A program made the translations under genes and the position numbers. Positions 39,357 to 49,939 of a stretch of 64,000 bases of DNA are shown piece by piece (the first letter of the stretch is position 1; each line of letters starts with the position of its first letter). The stretch comes from Bacteriovoracaceae bacterium (lineage in GTDB: Bacteria; Bdellovibrionota; Bacteriovoracia; Bacteriovoracales; Bacteriovoracaceae), in assembly GCA_965217035.1 (NCBI GenBank), contig OZ244226.1, forward strand, positions 1,036,146 through 1,100,145. The letters run 5' to 3'. The notes under the pieces are model-generated. The model was not told where the DNA came from and did not search any database. It saw only the letters and a list, made by a program, of their open reading frames with translations.

Positions 39357-39980
39357 ATGAATCTTATATATTCTGACGTCATTAAAGAGTATCCTAAATT
39401 AACCCATCTTGAGCAGGACATTATCACTGCGACAGATTGGATTGAAGAAGCTTTTCGGACCCAGGGAAAACTCATAACAATGGGAAATGGTGGTTCTTCG
39501 GCTGATGCCGAACATTTCTGTGGTGAACTTCAAAAAGGCTTTCTCTTGAAACGCCCGCTTAATAATGAAGAATGTGAACTCTTTAAAGATATTGATCCTC
39601 AGCTTCCTAAAGAACTTCAAGGAAGTTTACCGGCAATTTCATTAGTTACAATGCATGCTTCGATCAGTGCTTTTTCAAATGACTGTAATTCTGAATATGT
39701 TTTCGCTCAGCAGATTTGGGGATTAGCCAATAAGCAAGATGTTATTTTTGGAATTTCGACTTCTGGAAATTCTAAAAATGTTGTCCATGGTTTGAAATGC
39801 GCTAAGGCAAAAGGTGTTAAGACAATTGCTCTAACAGGAGAAAAAGAAAGTGCCTGTTCAGAAATAGCCGACTTAACAATTAAAGCCCCTCATCATATCA
39901 CTCATAAAATTCAAGAGTTTCATCTTCCGATCTATCATGCGCTTTGTATTGAGCTAGAAGGTCGTTTTTTTAAAGAGTAA
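39357..39980 (+). CDS. gmhA: Phosphoheptose isomerase (SIS domain)
   Basis: GNGGSSADAEH, ISTSGNSKNV, IQEFHLPIYH. Confidence 0.85.
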   Translation: MNLIYSDVIKEYPKLTHLEQDIITATDWIEEAFRTQGKLITMGNGGSSADAEHFCGELQKGFLLKRPLNNEECELFKDIDPQLPKELQGSLPAISLVTMHASISAFSNDCNSEYVFAQQIWGLANKQDVIFGISTSGNSKNVVHGLKCAKAKGVKTIALTGEKESACSEIADLTIKAPHHITHKIQEFHLPIYHALCIELEGRFFKE

Positions 39981-39988
39981 AACTCTTC

Positions 39989-41059
39989 TTATTTTAGTTT
40001 ATTATAGACTGAGAGTGTATCCGAAACCATTTTTTCTAATGAGAAAAGAGATTTCACATGCTCTCTTGCGTTAGACAAAAGAGTTGAATGACTTGTATTC
40101 AAATTTGATTCTAGAATTTCTCTTAACTTAGCACTATCTTCTACCGGAAAAAGATATCCCGTTTTTTTGTCTTTAATAATCTCGGGCAAACCTCCTGAAT
40201 TAGAAGCAATTACAAGATTTCCAGCTAAGCAACCGTCGAGAGCAATAGAACCCAGCCCTTCACTCTTTGAGGGCACAACCAAAATATCAATCGCCTTAAG
40301 TAAAATTTCAGGCTGCTCGAGAAAACCTAAAAACTTAACCTTATTCTCAAGACCAAGACTTTTAACTTTTTGAGAAAGTTTTTCTTTTAAGTTTCCATCA
40401 CCTGCTACAAGACAGAGGAAGTTCTTATCAAGATTAGAAAGAGATTCAAATAACGTTTCATGACCTTTCTCTTCAGTGAGAGCGGCTATGATACTAATCA
40501 AAGGAATATCCGTTGGTAAGTTTAATCGTTTTCTGCATTCATCTTTTTTTAATCCGTTAAACTTAGAATCATCAACTGAACTTCTCGCGATTTGAATTTT
40601 TTCTTCAGAAACACCATAAGAAATAAGATCTTTCTTAATGGCCTCCGAGATAGAAATAAAGCGATCAACCTTTTCGGAGAGATATTTCTTCTTAGTCATA
40701 AGACTCTTTCGAATAGGAAAAGCAACTCGGCGATGAACAACAAGCTTTCCCTTATAACCTAAGACTTTTATGAGATAGCCTAAACTATGCGCCTTCCCAC
40801 TATGTGTATGAATGATTTCAACATGATTATTTTCGCAGAAAGATTTCAAGAAAAGAGCATCTCTAAGGTGATATCCTCCCTTTCCTTTCATTTCAATGAT
40901 TTGGAATCCACATTTTTTAAAGCGATTAAGTGCACTCGATTGCTTAGGAAAAGCAATAATACTTTCAAACCCTGCTTTCTTGATCGCTTCAGAGAGAAGA
41001 TAAATTTGTCTTTCTCCTCCACGCCACTGTAATTCAGTCCCAATATGCAGAACTTTCAA
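39989..41059 (-). CDS. Glycosyltransferase family 4
   Basis: WRGGERQ, EKGH, PSKSEGLGSIALD, GGLPEII. Confidence 0.9.
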   Translation of the reverse strand: MKVLHIGTELQWRGGERQIYLLSEAIKKAGFESIIAFPKQSSALNRFKKCGFQIIEMKGKGGYHLRDALFLKSFCENNHVEIIHTHSGKAHSLGYLIKVLGYKGKLVVHRRVAFPIRKSLMTKKKYLSEKVDRFISISEAIKKDLISYGVSEEKIQIARSSVDDSKFNGLKKDECRKRLNLPTDIPLISIIAALTEEKGHETLFESLSNLDKNFLCLVAGDGNLKEKLSQKVKSLGLENKVKFLGFLEQPEILLKAIDILVVPSKSEGLGSIALDGCLAGNLVIASNSGGLPEIIKDKKTGYLFPVEDSAKLREILESNLNTSHSTLLSNAREHVKSLFSLEKMVSDTLSVYNKLK

Positions 41060-42456
41060 TGTCCAAATCCTCCGAGAACAGTCTTAATTGTTTTAAGAAG
41101 AATTTTTATATCTAACCAGAGCGATTGGTTTTTAATATAGTAAAGATCGTACTGAAGCTTAGTCATCGCATCTTCTTCCGAATAACCATAACGAAAGTTT
41201 ACCTGTGCCCAACCCGTAACTCCAGGCTTAAGAATATGTCTGTAGTTATAAAAAGGAGTCAGTTTCTCTAACTTATTTTCAATCATTTCTGGACGCTCAG
41301 GTCTGGGACCAATTAAACTCATATCTCCTTTTAATATATTCCAAAGCTGAGGAAGCTCATCGAGACGTGTTTTTCTAAGAATCTTACCAAGAAAAGTTAC
41401 TCTAGAGTCATTAGGATCTGCCCATTGAGCTTCTCCTTTTTTCTCAGCATTATTAACCATTGTTCGAAATTTATAGATTCGATAAGGCTTATTGTTTAAT
41501 CCTGTTCTAATTTGGCTATAAAGAATCGGTCTTCCTTTAAAAATGAGAACTAAAAGCGAAACAAGAAGCATTGGTAGAGAAAGAAGTATAAAAAGAATTG
41601 AAGAAAGAAGCTTATCCATTAACCACTTAAGAACAAGGTTAACTCGAGACTTTTTATAACCACAATGCTCTAGGATCCATGAAGAGTTTATAACAGAGAC
41701 AGGAATTCTACCCGTGTTCTCTTCATAAAACTTGCTCAGTTCAATGAGATGACGTTTTGTTTTTACTTCTGTTTCGACAAAACTCCTAAAACCTTTTCTA
41801 TCAAAAAGATTTCTGTCCACAACGACACAATGAGTTTCTTTAGGAATTTCTTCTAGTGAGAAGCATTTCATATGTTTCAAGATCTGAAATCCCAAATAGG
41901 GTCTATTTTCAAAGAACTCTTTGAGATCTTTCTCAATATCCGATTCACTCACTAAGCAAACGTTAAGCTTAAGATTTTGCAGAGTTAAAATCATGAAAGC
42001 TAATTTTCTAATCACAAATAAAACAACGAGAGAAATCAGCATAAAAACAACAAGATTAAATCTCGGAGTGATTTCGAAAAACGGTAAAAGGTAAAAGAAT
42101 AGAAATGAGATCACTGCATTGAAATTCATAGAGCGAATCAATGCAATAGAGAGTCCAGAGTATCGAATCCTCAAACTATAGAGGCCTTCAATATAGAAAA
42201 TAATGATCCAGAGAGGGAACAAAAAACTAAAAGCATAGACATGCAATTGAAAAAATTCAGCTGTAATGTTTTGCTCATAAACAACCTGAAGCATAAGCCA
42301 CAGACTCGTGTAAAGAGACCCTAAATCTAGTATGACTAGAAGCAGTATTTTGAATAACCTGAGCATAAGCTTTTTTAACACACAGGGCCCTTTTTTAGTA
42401 CAGCTTTCCGCATAAAAATGATAAATATAAGCCTTAAAAGCACATCTAGAGGACAA
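41056..42456 (-). CDS. Polyprenyl glycosylphosphotransferase (initiating sugar transferase)
   Basis: N-terminal TMs; KFRTM, DSRVT, RLDELPQ, GDMSLIGPRPE, KPGVTGWAQV; true start probably ~25 codons downstream. Confidence 0.92.
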   Translation of the reverse strand: MSSRCAFKAYIYHFYAESCTKKGPCVLKKLMLRLFKILLLVILDLGSLYTSLWLMLQVVYEQNITAEFFQLHVYAFSFLFPLWIIIFYIEGLYSLRIRYSGLSIALIRSMNFNAVISFLFFYLLPFFEITPRFNLVVFMLISLVVLFVIRKLAFMILTLQNLKLNVCLVSESDIEKDLKEFFENRPYLGFQILKHMKCFSLEEIPKETHCVVVDRNLFDRKGFRSFVETEVKTKRHLIELSKFYEENTGRIPVSVINSSWILEHCGYKKSRVNLVLKWLMDKLLSSILFILLSLPMLLVSLLVLIFKGRPILYSQIRTGLNNKPYRIYKFRTMVNNAEKKGEAQWADPNDSRVTFLGKILRKTRLDELPQLWNILKGDMSLIGPRPERPEMIENKLEKLTPFYNYRHILKPGVTGWAQVNFRYGYSEEDAMTKLQYDLYYIKNQSLWLDIKILLKTIKTVLGGFGH

Positions 42457-42457
42457 T

Positions 42458-43552
42458 ATGAATTTTATAGATTTAAAGAGTCAGTACCAGAAAATAGAAA
42501 CCCCAATTAATGAAGCTATTAAGCGAGTTCTTGAACATGGCCGCTATATTAATGGACCAGAAGTTCAAGAGGCTGAAGAAAAACTCGCAGAGTATGCAGG
42601 TGTAAAACACTGTGTTCTTCTAGGAAATGGAACTGACGCTTTATTGGTTTCGCTTTTAGCTGTTGGAATGAAACCAGGCGATGAAATCATTGTTCCAGCC
42701 TTTAGTTTTTTTGGAACAGCTGGTGCTGTCTCATTACTTAATGGAACTCCAATCTTCGTTGATATCGATGCTGATACTTACAATATTGATGCTTCTAAAA
42801 TCGAAGCTGCCATTACTGACAAAACAAAGGCAATCATGCCAGTAAGTTTGTATGGTCAATGCGCGGATATGGATGTGATTAATTCAATTGCAGCGAAACA
42901 TAATCTTCCAGTCATTGAAGATGGGGCCCAGAGCTATGGAGCAACTTATAAGAACAAATTCTCTTGCAACCTTTCTACTATGGCGACAACTTCTTTTTAT
43001 CCAGCAAAACCCTTAGGGGCTTATGGAGATGCGGGAGCTTTCTTTTCCAATGATGACGAGATTGCCCAAATCGCGAGAGAGCTTAAGGAACATGGGGGCC
43101 CAAGAGCTTATCATCATATTAGAATTGGAATGAATGGTCGTTGTGATAGCATCCAAGCGGCAATTATTTTAGAAAAACTTAAAATTTATAAACAAGAAGT
43201 CGAGTTGAGACAGGCTGCTGCTGCTTACTATAGCGAGAATCTGTCCAGTCTAGTCAAAACTCCAAAGATTCTCGATGGAAATACTTCAAGTTATGCTCAA
43301 TACACAATTGAACTCGATGACAGAGATAAGTTTAGAGAATTTGCTCAAGAGAAAGGTGTTCCAACAGCTGTCCACTATCCAATGTCGATGAATAAGCAAC
43401 CAGTTTATATGGAAATGGGTTATGGAGCCAAAGATTATCTAACAAGTGACACGGCTGCGAGTAGAGTTGTGAGCCTACCAATGCACCCTTACCTAGCAAA
43501 AGAAGAACAAGATAAAGTTATCTCTACAGTTAAAGAGTATCTAGGGGCTTAG
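42458..43552 (+). CDS. DegT/DnrJ/EryC1/StrS aminotransferase (WbpE-like)
   Basis: NGTDAL, VSLYGQ, EDGAQS, SFYPAKPLGAYGDAG. Confidence 0.92.
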   Translation: MNFIDLKSQYQKIETPINEAIKRVLEHGRYINGPEVQEAEEKLAEYAGVKHCVLLGNGTDALLVSLLAVGMKPGDEIIVPAFSFFGTAGAVSLLNGTPIFVDIDADTYNIDASKIEAAITDKTKAIMPVSLYGQCADMDVINSIAAKHNLPVIEDGAQSYGATYKNKFSCNLSTMATTSFYPAKPLGAYGDAGAFFSNDDEIAQIARELKEHGGPRAYHHIRIGMNGRCDSIQAAIILEKLKIYKQEVELRQAAAAYYSENLSSLVKTPKILDGNTSSYAQYTIELDDRDKFREFAQEKGVPTAVHYPMSMNKQPVYMEMGYGAKDYLTSDTAASRVVSLPMHPYLAKEEQDKVISTVKEYLGA

Positions 43553-43554
43553 TT

Positions 43555-44526
43555 TTGAAAAAGGTATTAGTTACTGGAGGTGCTGGCTATATAGGGTCTC
43601 ATGTCACTCAAAAACTTCAAGAACGAGACTATCAGATCCTCATTGTTGATGATTTTTCCAATAGCTCTTCCGAATCTCTTTTAGATTGTGATTTTATCGA
43701 GGGGAATATCGGAGATGAAGCAACTTTAAATAAAATATTTAAAGGACAACAAATAGAAAGTGTTCTTCACTTTGCAGGCAGCATCGTTGTTCCGGAAAGT
43801 GTTGAGAAGCCTTATAAATATTATAATAATAATACAATTAATTCTCTCAAACTCATTAACAGAGCTAAAGCGAATGGAGTGAAGAACTTTATATTTTCTT
43901 CCACTGCTGCAGTCTATGGGAATGTGAGTTCAGAACCAGTCACTGAAAAAACACCAACGGCGCCAGAAAATCCTTATGCTTATTCGAAGTTAATGACAGA
44001 ACAAATGCTTCAAGATGTCGCGAGCGTTTCTGATTTAAACTTTGTTATACTTAGATATTTTAATGTTGCAGGAGCAGAGGCCAGTGGAAAACTTGGTCAA
44101 CGTGGAGATAATGCCACTCATTTGATTAAAATTTGCTCAGAGGCTGCCAACAAGAAACGAGAAAATGTAACAATTTTTGGAAATGATTACTCGACTCCCG
44201 ATGGGACAGGAGTCAGAGACTATATCCATGTTGAAGACCTTGCTGATGTTCATGTTTTGGCCCTTCAATACCTTGAAAAAGGCGGAGAGAGTAATATCTT
44301 TAATTGTGGTTATAGCCAAGGATTTTCTGTAAAAGAAGTCATTGAAGAAGTTAAAAAAGTTTCTTCTCACCCTTTCAAAGTCAACGAAGGACCGAGAAGA
44401 GCTGGTGATGTTGCAAGCCTTATTGCAGATAGTTCCAAACTTAAGAAAACTCTTAATTGGATCCCTAAACGGAATAATCTCAATCAAATTGTAAAATCAG
44501 CTGTTGAATGGGAAAAAAATCTCTAA
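43555..44526 (+). CDS. galE: UDP-glucose 4-epimerase
   Basis: TGGAGYIGSH, FSSTAAVYG, YAYSK, LRYFNVAGA, DGTGVRDYIHV. Confidence 0.93.
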   Translation: MKKVLVTGGAGYIGSHVTQKLQERDYQILIVDDFSNSSSESLLDCDFIEGNIGDEATLNKIFKGQQIESVLHFAGSIVVPESVEKPYKYYNNNTINSLKLINRAKANGVKNFIFSSTAAVYGNVSSEPVTEKTPTAPENPYAYSKLMTEQMLQDVASVSDLNFVILRYFNVAGAEASGKLGQRGDNATHLIKICSEAANKKRENVTIFGNDYSTPDGTGVRDYIHVEDLADVHVLALQYLEKGGESNIFNCGYSQGFSVKEVIEEVKKVSSHPFKVNEGPRRAGDVASLIADSSKLKKTLNWIPKRNNLNQIVKSAVEWEKNL

Positions 44527-44527
44527 A

Positions 44528-45559
44528 ATGAAAATTGCTTTTCACACCAATCAAATCTGTCTTCAAGGAACTGAAATCGCAGTTTTTGACTATGCTCACT
44601 TCTGTGAAAAACTCTATGGGCATGAAGCTATTATCATTTCTAGAAATAATAAAATTTCACCTAAAGGCGGGGCCGGTAAAAACCAGGCTCACGCTTTAGA
44701 AAAGTTTCGTAAGCGGTTTCCCGTTTTTCTTTATAATGATAAGAAAGAGATCGACGGAATACTCAAGAAAGAAAAGGTTGATGTTTTTTATGCTATTAAA
44801 AAAGGGGTTATCGATGGTGTTGAGTCAAAAGATATAAAAACTGTTATTCATACCGTTTTTAAGTATTTTGAACCTCATGGAAATGTTTACGCCTATGTCT
44901 CTAAATGGCTAAGTGATGAAATGACTGGTGGAAAATCCCCTTTTGTACCTCATATGATCAATCTTCCAGCTGTAGAAGGAGATTTGAGAGAGGAACTTGG
45001 AATACCTCCTGGAGCCACTGTTTTAGCTCGTTATGGTGGACCTAATAGTTTTGATATCGACTTTGTCCATGAAGCGATTCAAGAAACTGTAGAGAATAGT
45101 GAAAATATTTACTTTATTCTTATGAATACGAATGACTTTATGAATCCTTCTCAATCATTTTTTTCTTTTTTGAAATCAAAAAAACGCCATCCTCGAATTA
45201 TCTTTTTACCCGGAACGAGTGATAATATAAGAAAAGCCCAATTCATCAATACTTGTGATGCTATGATTCACGCTCGTTTAAGGGGTGAAACGTTTGGGAT
45301 TGCGATTGGTGAATTTTCAATTCACAATAGGCCAGTCCTAACCTTCGGAGGTCGTGGAGTCGAAGGTTTTGAACCTAATCATCTTAAAATTCTTGGAGAT
45401 AAAGGGCTCATTTATCAAAACAAGGAAGAGCTTATCTCACTTTTTCATAAAATCGATACAGAAAAGGAAAGTTTACAAAATAAAAGGTGGGATGCTTATT
45501 CAGAACATTTTTCACCTGAATCAGTAATGAAGCAATTTCAAACAGTCTTTTTATCTTAA
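44528..45559 (+). CDS. Putative GT-B glycosyltransferase
   Basis: MKIAFH..GTEIAVFDYA, MIHARLRGETFGIAIGEF; start moved to ATG 44528. Confidence 0.7.
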   Translation: MKIAFHTNQICLQGTEIAVFDYAHFCEKLYGHEAIIISRNNKISPKGGAGKNQAHALEKFRKRFPVFLYNDKKEIDGILKKEKVDVFYAIKKGVIDGVESKDIKTVIHTVFKYFEPHGNVYAYVSKWLSDEMTGGKSPFVPHMINLPAVEGDLREELGIPPGATVLARYGGPNSFDIDFVHEAIQETVENSENIYFILMNTNDFMNPSQSFFSFLKSKKRHPRIIFLPGTSDNIRKAQFINTCDAMIHARLRGETFGIAIGEFSIHNRPVLTFGGRGVEGFEPNHLKILGDKGLIYQNKEELISLFHKIDTEKESLQNKRWDAYSEHFSPESVMKQFQTVFLS

Positions 45560-46500
45560 GAACGATTCCCAAGACCATAATTCCAATTGGCTTTTCTATT
45601 TTTAATTCGTTTCTCGAAAAAAGATCTAAGCTTAAAATATTTTCTTTCTGAGATTTTTAACCAAGGCCGTTGAGAACTTTTACTTTCAATTAATGTGATC
45701 AAATCACCATGCTTGGAAGAAAGCTCTTCATAAAGCTTTGGATTTGTTTCTTTAATTCCTGAAAAAATATCGAAAGCAATGTCGATATAGCCATAAGCAT
45801 GCAAGACAGGAATTAGACCAACAAGGTGCTCTCCATATTGAGAGGATTTTTTAATCAAAACCTCCGGCTTCTTTAGAAATAAAGCATCTCCTGAAATCAA
45901 ATGGCTTTTTCGGCCAGAAAATTGAAAGGAATTCTTTCCTTTCACATAAAGAAAATTACCGAGATCAAGAGTCACAAAGTCTTTAGAACGCATAAAACTT
46001 TCAACTTCAGAAAAAAGAGGCTGATCCTCATAAAGAGGAAGAAACTCTACTTCTATCTCTGCCAAAAGAATATTTTCATCAAGTTGCTTGGAACCACCTT
46101 GTAAAATAGCAAGTTCCGTTCCTTGTGTATCGATCTTTACCACATGAGGCTTCACCGAGTTTTCAGGACAAATTTCATCGAGACAATCGGTAACAATAGA
46201 AACTTCTTTCTCGACTTCGAAATCAGCATTTTCATAGGTTAATTTATTAATCAAAGAAAAATTCGGTTTAAGCATTGAACTATTGCATTGTGCTCGATAA
46301 CAATAAAACTTATACTCACCTCTATCTTTATAGACAGCCTTATTGATCCATTTCTCGGTTTTTGAGTTGACTCTTTTTTTCCAGTCTCTTTCATCCGGCT
46401 CGAAGCCGACAAACATCATATTAGAATAAGACTTCCATCTCTCTTGAATTCCTCCTGAGGCACCAATATCAATAAGAGTAAATGGGATTGATTCAATCAT
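45556..46500 (-). CDS. FkbM-family methyltransferase
   Basis: IDIGASGG, GFEPD, KIDTQGTELAILQG, EVEF.PLY. Confidence 0.9.
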   Translation of the reverse strand: MIESIPFTLIDIGASGGIQERWKSYSNMMFVGFEPDERDWKKRVNSKTEKWINKAVYKDRGEYKFYCYRAQCNSSMLKPNFSLINKLTYENADFEVEKEVSIVTDCLDEICPENSVKPHVVKIDTQGTELAILQGGSKQLDENILLAEIEVEFLPLYEDQPLFSEVESFMRSKDFVTLDLGNFLYVKGKNSFQFSGRKSHLISGDALFLKKPEVLIKKSSQYGEHLVGLIPVLHAYGYIDIAFDIFSGIKETNPKLYEELSSKHGDLITLIESKSSQRPWLKISERKYFKLRSFFEKRIKNRKANWNYGLGNRS

Positions 46501-46515
46501 TAAATTATCCTCTTT

Positions 46516-47460
46516 TTATAAATCATAAAGATGAAGAATTCCCTCTAACTTCTCAGAGTCAGAGACAAGAACGGCCGTAATTTTTTTATCTAAAAATATT
46601 TTTTCAACCTCAACGAGCTTTGTATTCTTTTTAACGATGATCGGATTCTTTGTTAAAAGATCACTCGCCTTGAGAGAAAGAACTTTTTCTTTATGCTCAC
46701 TGATCGCCCTTCTGATATCACCATCTGTCACAACACCTCGAATAGAAAATTTCTGATCAACAACAACTGTTAAGCCTAAACGGCCATTTCCAATAGAACT
46801 AATAATTGATTCGAAATTATCTTCTTCTGAGACAGTTGGCAGTTTTTCACTTTTCATCATATCTTCAGCTGTGTTCAGAAGTTTTCTTCCCAAAGAACCA
46901 CCTGGATGAAACTTCGCAAAATTTTCTTTTTCAAAACTACGAGTTTTCATCAAAGCAACGACCAAAGCGTCTCCCATGACCATCGTTGCCGTCGTTGAAC
47001 TTGTTGGGGCAAGTTCCAGCGGACAAGCTTCTTTTGTCACTTTGATATTTAAAAAGAAGTCGGCATGACGAGAAAGAGTCGAATTGTCTTCTCCAGTCAT
47101 CGCGATAACTTTATTACCATTCTCTCTAAAGAAACTTAGTAACTTAATCACTTCATCCGTTTCACCTGAATTAGAAATTGCGAGAATAATATCACTTGGC
47201 TTAATAATACCTAGGTCACCATGATAAGCTTCCGCAGGATGAAGAAAAACAGCAGGAGTTCCCGTCGATGACAAGGATGCTGCAATCTTATGCCCTACGA
47301 TTCCAGATTTTCCCATTCCAGTAACAACCACTCGTCCTTTCGTTTCAAGGATGGCTTCAACTGAATGGATAAAGGAATCACTTAAGAGGTTTTTAACCCC
47401 ACTCAGAGCTTCACTTTCAATATCAAAAACTTCTTCTGCTATTTCTTTATAATTCATCAT
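46516..47460 (-). CDS. kdsD: KpsF/GutQ/KdsD family arabinose-5-phosphate isomerase
   Basis: GMGKSG, HPAEAYHGDLG, APTSST, FHPGGSLG, CBS pair. Confidence 0.9.
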   Translation of the reverse strand: MMNYKEIAEEVFDIESEALSGVKNLLSDSFIHSVEAILETKGRVVVTGMGKSGIVGHKIAASLSSTGTPAVFLHPAEAYHGDLGIIKPSDIILAISNSGETDEVIKLLSFFRENGNKVIAMTGEDNSTLSRHADFFLNIKVTKEACPLELAPTSSTTATMVMGDALVVALMKTRSFEKENFAKFHPGGSLGRKLLNTAEDMMKSEKLPTVSEEDNFESIISSIGNGRLGLTVVVDQKFSIRGVVTDGDIRRAISEHKEKVLSLKASDLLTKNPIIVKKNTKLVEVEKIFLDKKITAVLVSDSEKLEGILHLYDL

Positions 47461-48581
47461 TGAATCTTATTTTCAAACGTATTAAGCGCCATTGCAATAA
47501 CTTGGTGCATATCAAGATAACTATAAGTTCCTAGACGTCCTCCAAAAATGACATTTTTCTCATTTTTAGTCTCCTCAAGATATTTAGCATACATTTCCTT
47601 ATCTTCCAGAGTATTGATCGGATAATAAGGATCATCCGTTTTTTCGGCTTTTCTTGAAAATTCTCTAAAAATAATCGTCTTGTCCTTACTTTGCTCTCTT
47701 TCAGGATGGTAATGCTTGTACTCGTGAATTCGAGTAAATGGTACTTCACCTTCAGCATAGTTCATCACTGAAGTTCCTTGATAATCATCGGTATCGACAT
47801 CTTCCCTTTCAAGATCAATTGTTCTCCAACCTAAAACTCCATGCCTAAAGTCAAAGTAGCGATCAATTGGACCAGAGTAAATAGTCGTTATCCCTTCTGG
47901 AATTTCATCTTTCATTTCAAAGAAATCCGTTCCAAGTTTTACTTCAATGTTTGGATGATCAAGCATTTTCTCGAAAACGGCCCCATAACCATCAACAGGC
48001 AGCCCCTCATACTTATCCTTGAAATAACGATTATTATAATTAAAACGAACCGGAAGACGGGTAATAATATTAGCCGGAAGCTTTGTTAATTCTGTTTGCC
48101 ATTGTTTTTGAGTGTAACCTTTAATAAAAGCTTCATAAAGAGGCTTACCAATCAAACTAATCGCTTTTTCTTCTAGATTCGAAGGATTTTCAATTTGCCA
48201 CTTTTCAATTTCAGCTTCAATAAACTCTTTCGCTTCATCAGGTGTGAAGTTTTTCTCATAATAGCTATTAATCGTATCAAGATTAACCGGCATAGAATAA
48301 GTCTTATCTTTATAAGTTGTATAAACCTTATGTTGATAATCATTGAACTCCGTAAATTGCCCTAAGTAGTTCCAAACTTTTTCATTCGATGTATGAAAAA
48401 GGTGAGATCCATATTTATGGATTTCGATATTGGTTTCATCGTCTTTGAAAGAATAAGAATTTCCTCCAATATGATCACGTTTCTCAACAATGAGGACTTT
48501 CTTATTCAGTTGAGTAGCGATGCGTTCAGCAATCACTGCTCCATAAAAACCTGCACCAACAATTAAATAGTCATAGTTCAT
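47457..48581 (-). CDS. glf: UDP-galactopyranose mutase
   Basis: VGAGFYG, HKYGSHLFHT, YTQKQW, PYYP, GRLGTYSYLDMHQ. Confidence 0.95.
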   Translation of the reverse strand: MNYDYLIVGAGFYGAVIAERIATQLNKKVLIVEKRDHIGGNSYSFKDDETNIEIHKYGSHLFHTSNEKVWNYLGQFTEFNDYQHKVYTTYKDKTYSMPVNLDTINSYYEKNFTPDEAKEFIEAEIEKWQIENPSNLEEKAISLIGKPLYEAFIKGYTQKQWQTELTKLPANIITRLPVRFNYNNRYFKDKYEGLPVDGYGAVFEKMLDHPNIEVKLGTDFFEMKDEIPEGITTIYSGPIDRYFDFRHGVLGWRTIDLEREDVDTDDYQGTSVMNYAEGEVPFTRIHEYKHYHPEREQSKDKTIIFREFSRKAEKTDDPYYPINTLEDKEMYAKYLEETKNEKNVIFGGRLGTYSYLDMHQVIAMALNTFENKIQ

Positions 48582-48583
48582 AA

Positions 48584-49411
48584 TTAACCTTTAAAAACTT
48601 CATCAAATTCTTTTCGAGGGAATGCTTCTAGCTTTCCTCCTCGAGTCGCATTAAAGACCTTTATATTTCTTTGTTCTACTTCTTTATTTACTCGCTCGAA
48701 TGATTTCTCGTGATACTCGAGATTTGGAATATGCCACTTCTCACCTGGCTTTCTATAATCTTTGTGAAAGTGATTAACCTCGCCTTCACTGACCAGAACA
48801 TTCTTACCCTTCTTTTTTGATGGCACATTGTATGTATAATCGACTCCAATCAAATAGATTTCTGAAAAGCCCATATAGAAGGCTAACTGAATCTGGGTAT
48901 AAACGATCGTGGAACCCCAGTAAAAAATTTCCTCTGTATCATTATAAAAATAAGGAAGCTTTGGGAATGGATTTTTATGGCTAAACTTGAAGGCAATATT
49001 CTCTCGATCATATTTTAATGACGAAAGAGTAAAGTCTGGAAATAGTTTATAATCAGCTTCAACATTTTTAATAAGATCTGCGTTCTGCTTAAGCACCAGA
49101 GTATCTTCAACACTATAAAATGTTGGTCTCCATTCAGTCTCATCAAAGCATAGAAAAATCTTGTTGGAAGCAAACGTATATTCGTTCTTCAGCTTTTCGA
49201 GATCTTCAATATTTAGACTTGGCCCATTACCGATGATCACACAACGTTGTCCTTGGTATTTATTTTTTAAAGCTTGAAATCGCTCATTGGAAATGGCCTG
49301 ATTAAGATAATCGACCTCTAATCGAAGCAGAGATATTTCTCTCGGAAGCAATAATAATCTCTTTGCGTACTTGAAATACTTTAAAGGATTTAAAAATTTA
49401 ACAAGCTGCAT
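48584..49411 (-). CDS. DUF115/Maf-like (MptE-like) protein, possible glycosyltransferase
   Basis: RCVIIGNGPSL, FASNKI, QLAFYMGFSEIYLIGVD, NHF, VFNATRGGKLEAFPR. Confidence 0.8.
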   Translation of the reverse strand: MQLVKFLNPLKYFKYAKRLLLLPREISLLRLEVDYLNQAISNERFQALKNKYQGQRCVIIGNGPSLNIEDLEKLKNEYTFASNKIFLCFDETEWRPTFYSVEDTLVLKQNADLIKNVEADYKLFPDFTLSSLKYDRENIAFKFSHKNPFPKLPYFYNDTEEIFYWGSTIVYTQIQLAFYMGFSEIYLIGVDYTYNVPSKKKGKNVLVSEGEVNHFHKDYRKPGEKWHIPNLEYHEKSFERVNKEVEQRNIKVFNATRGGKLEAFPRKEFDEVFKG

Positions 49412-49423
49412 AAAGATGCGATC

Positions 49424-49924
49424 CTAAAAAAACTTAATAGGCATCTTTATAACAGTTTTCGTACAGAGAGTCTCTTTTTGAAAGGATTGGCAGCCTAAAT
49501 GGACGTCATTCGGAAAATAAATAGCAAAATCCCCTCTTCTCATGAGGATTTTATTCATCTCTGAGTTGTCTTCATAAACAATTAAGTCTCGCTCGCTATC
49601 ATAAGAGGTCTTTACGGTACATTGTGAGAAATCAACTTGCTCCATCAACTCTTCACCCGTAACAATCATTTGAATATCAATATATTTCTTATGAGATTCT
49701 AAAAAACAATCAGTTCGCGCTTTCGAATAAAATTTTTGTTCGATAGCAAAAATTTCATCGGTAATCGAAAACTTATCGAAAGCATTCATCTCAAGATTTT
49801 CAATTCTTTGAGCGGCTTCTGAATTTGGAGTGAGTACTTCAGAAAAATATGCGAAAGCTTCTTTAAAATATTGATTATCTTGGAAATGTTTTTCAATATC
49901 AGGTAAACGTCCCATAATTGCCAT
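49424..49924 (-). CDS. YhcH/YjgK/YiaL family protein
   Basis: ESHKKYIDIQ, YDSERD, FAIYFPNDVH. Confidence 0.9.
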   Translation of the reverse strand: MAIMGRLPDIEKHFQDNQYFKEAFAYFSEVLTPNSEAAQRIENLEMNAFDKFSITDEIFAIEQKFYSKARTDCFLESHKKYIDIQMIVTGEELMEQVDFSQCTVKTSYDSERDLIVYEDNSEMNKILMRRGDFAIYFPNDVHLGCQSFQKETLCTKTVIKMPIKFF

Positions 49925-49939
49925 AAAAACTTGCCTTGG

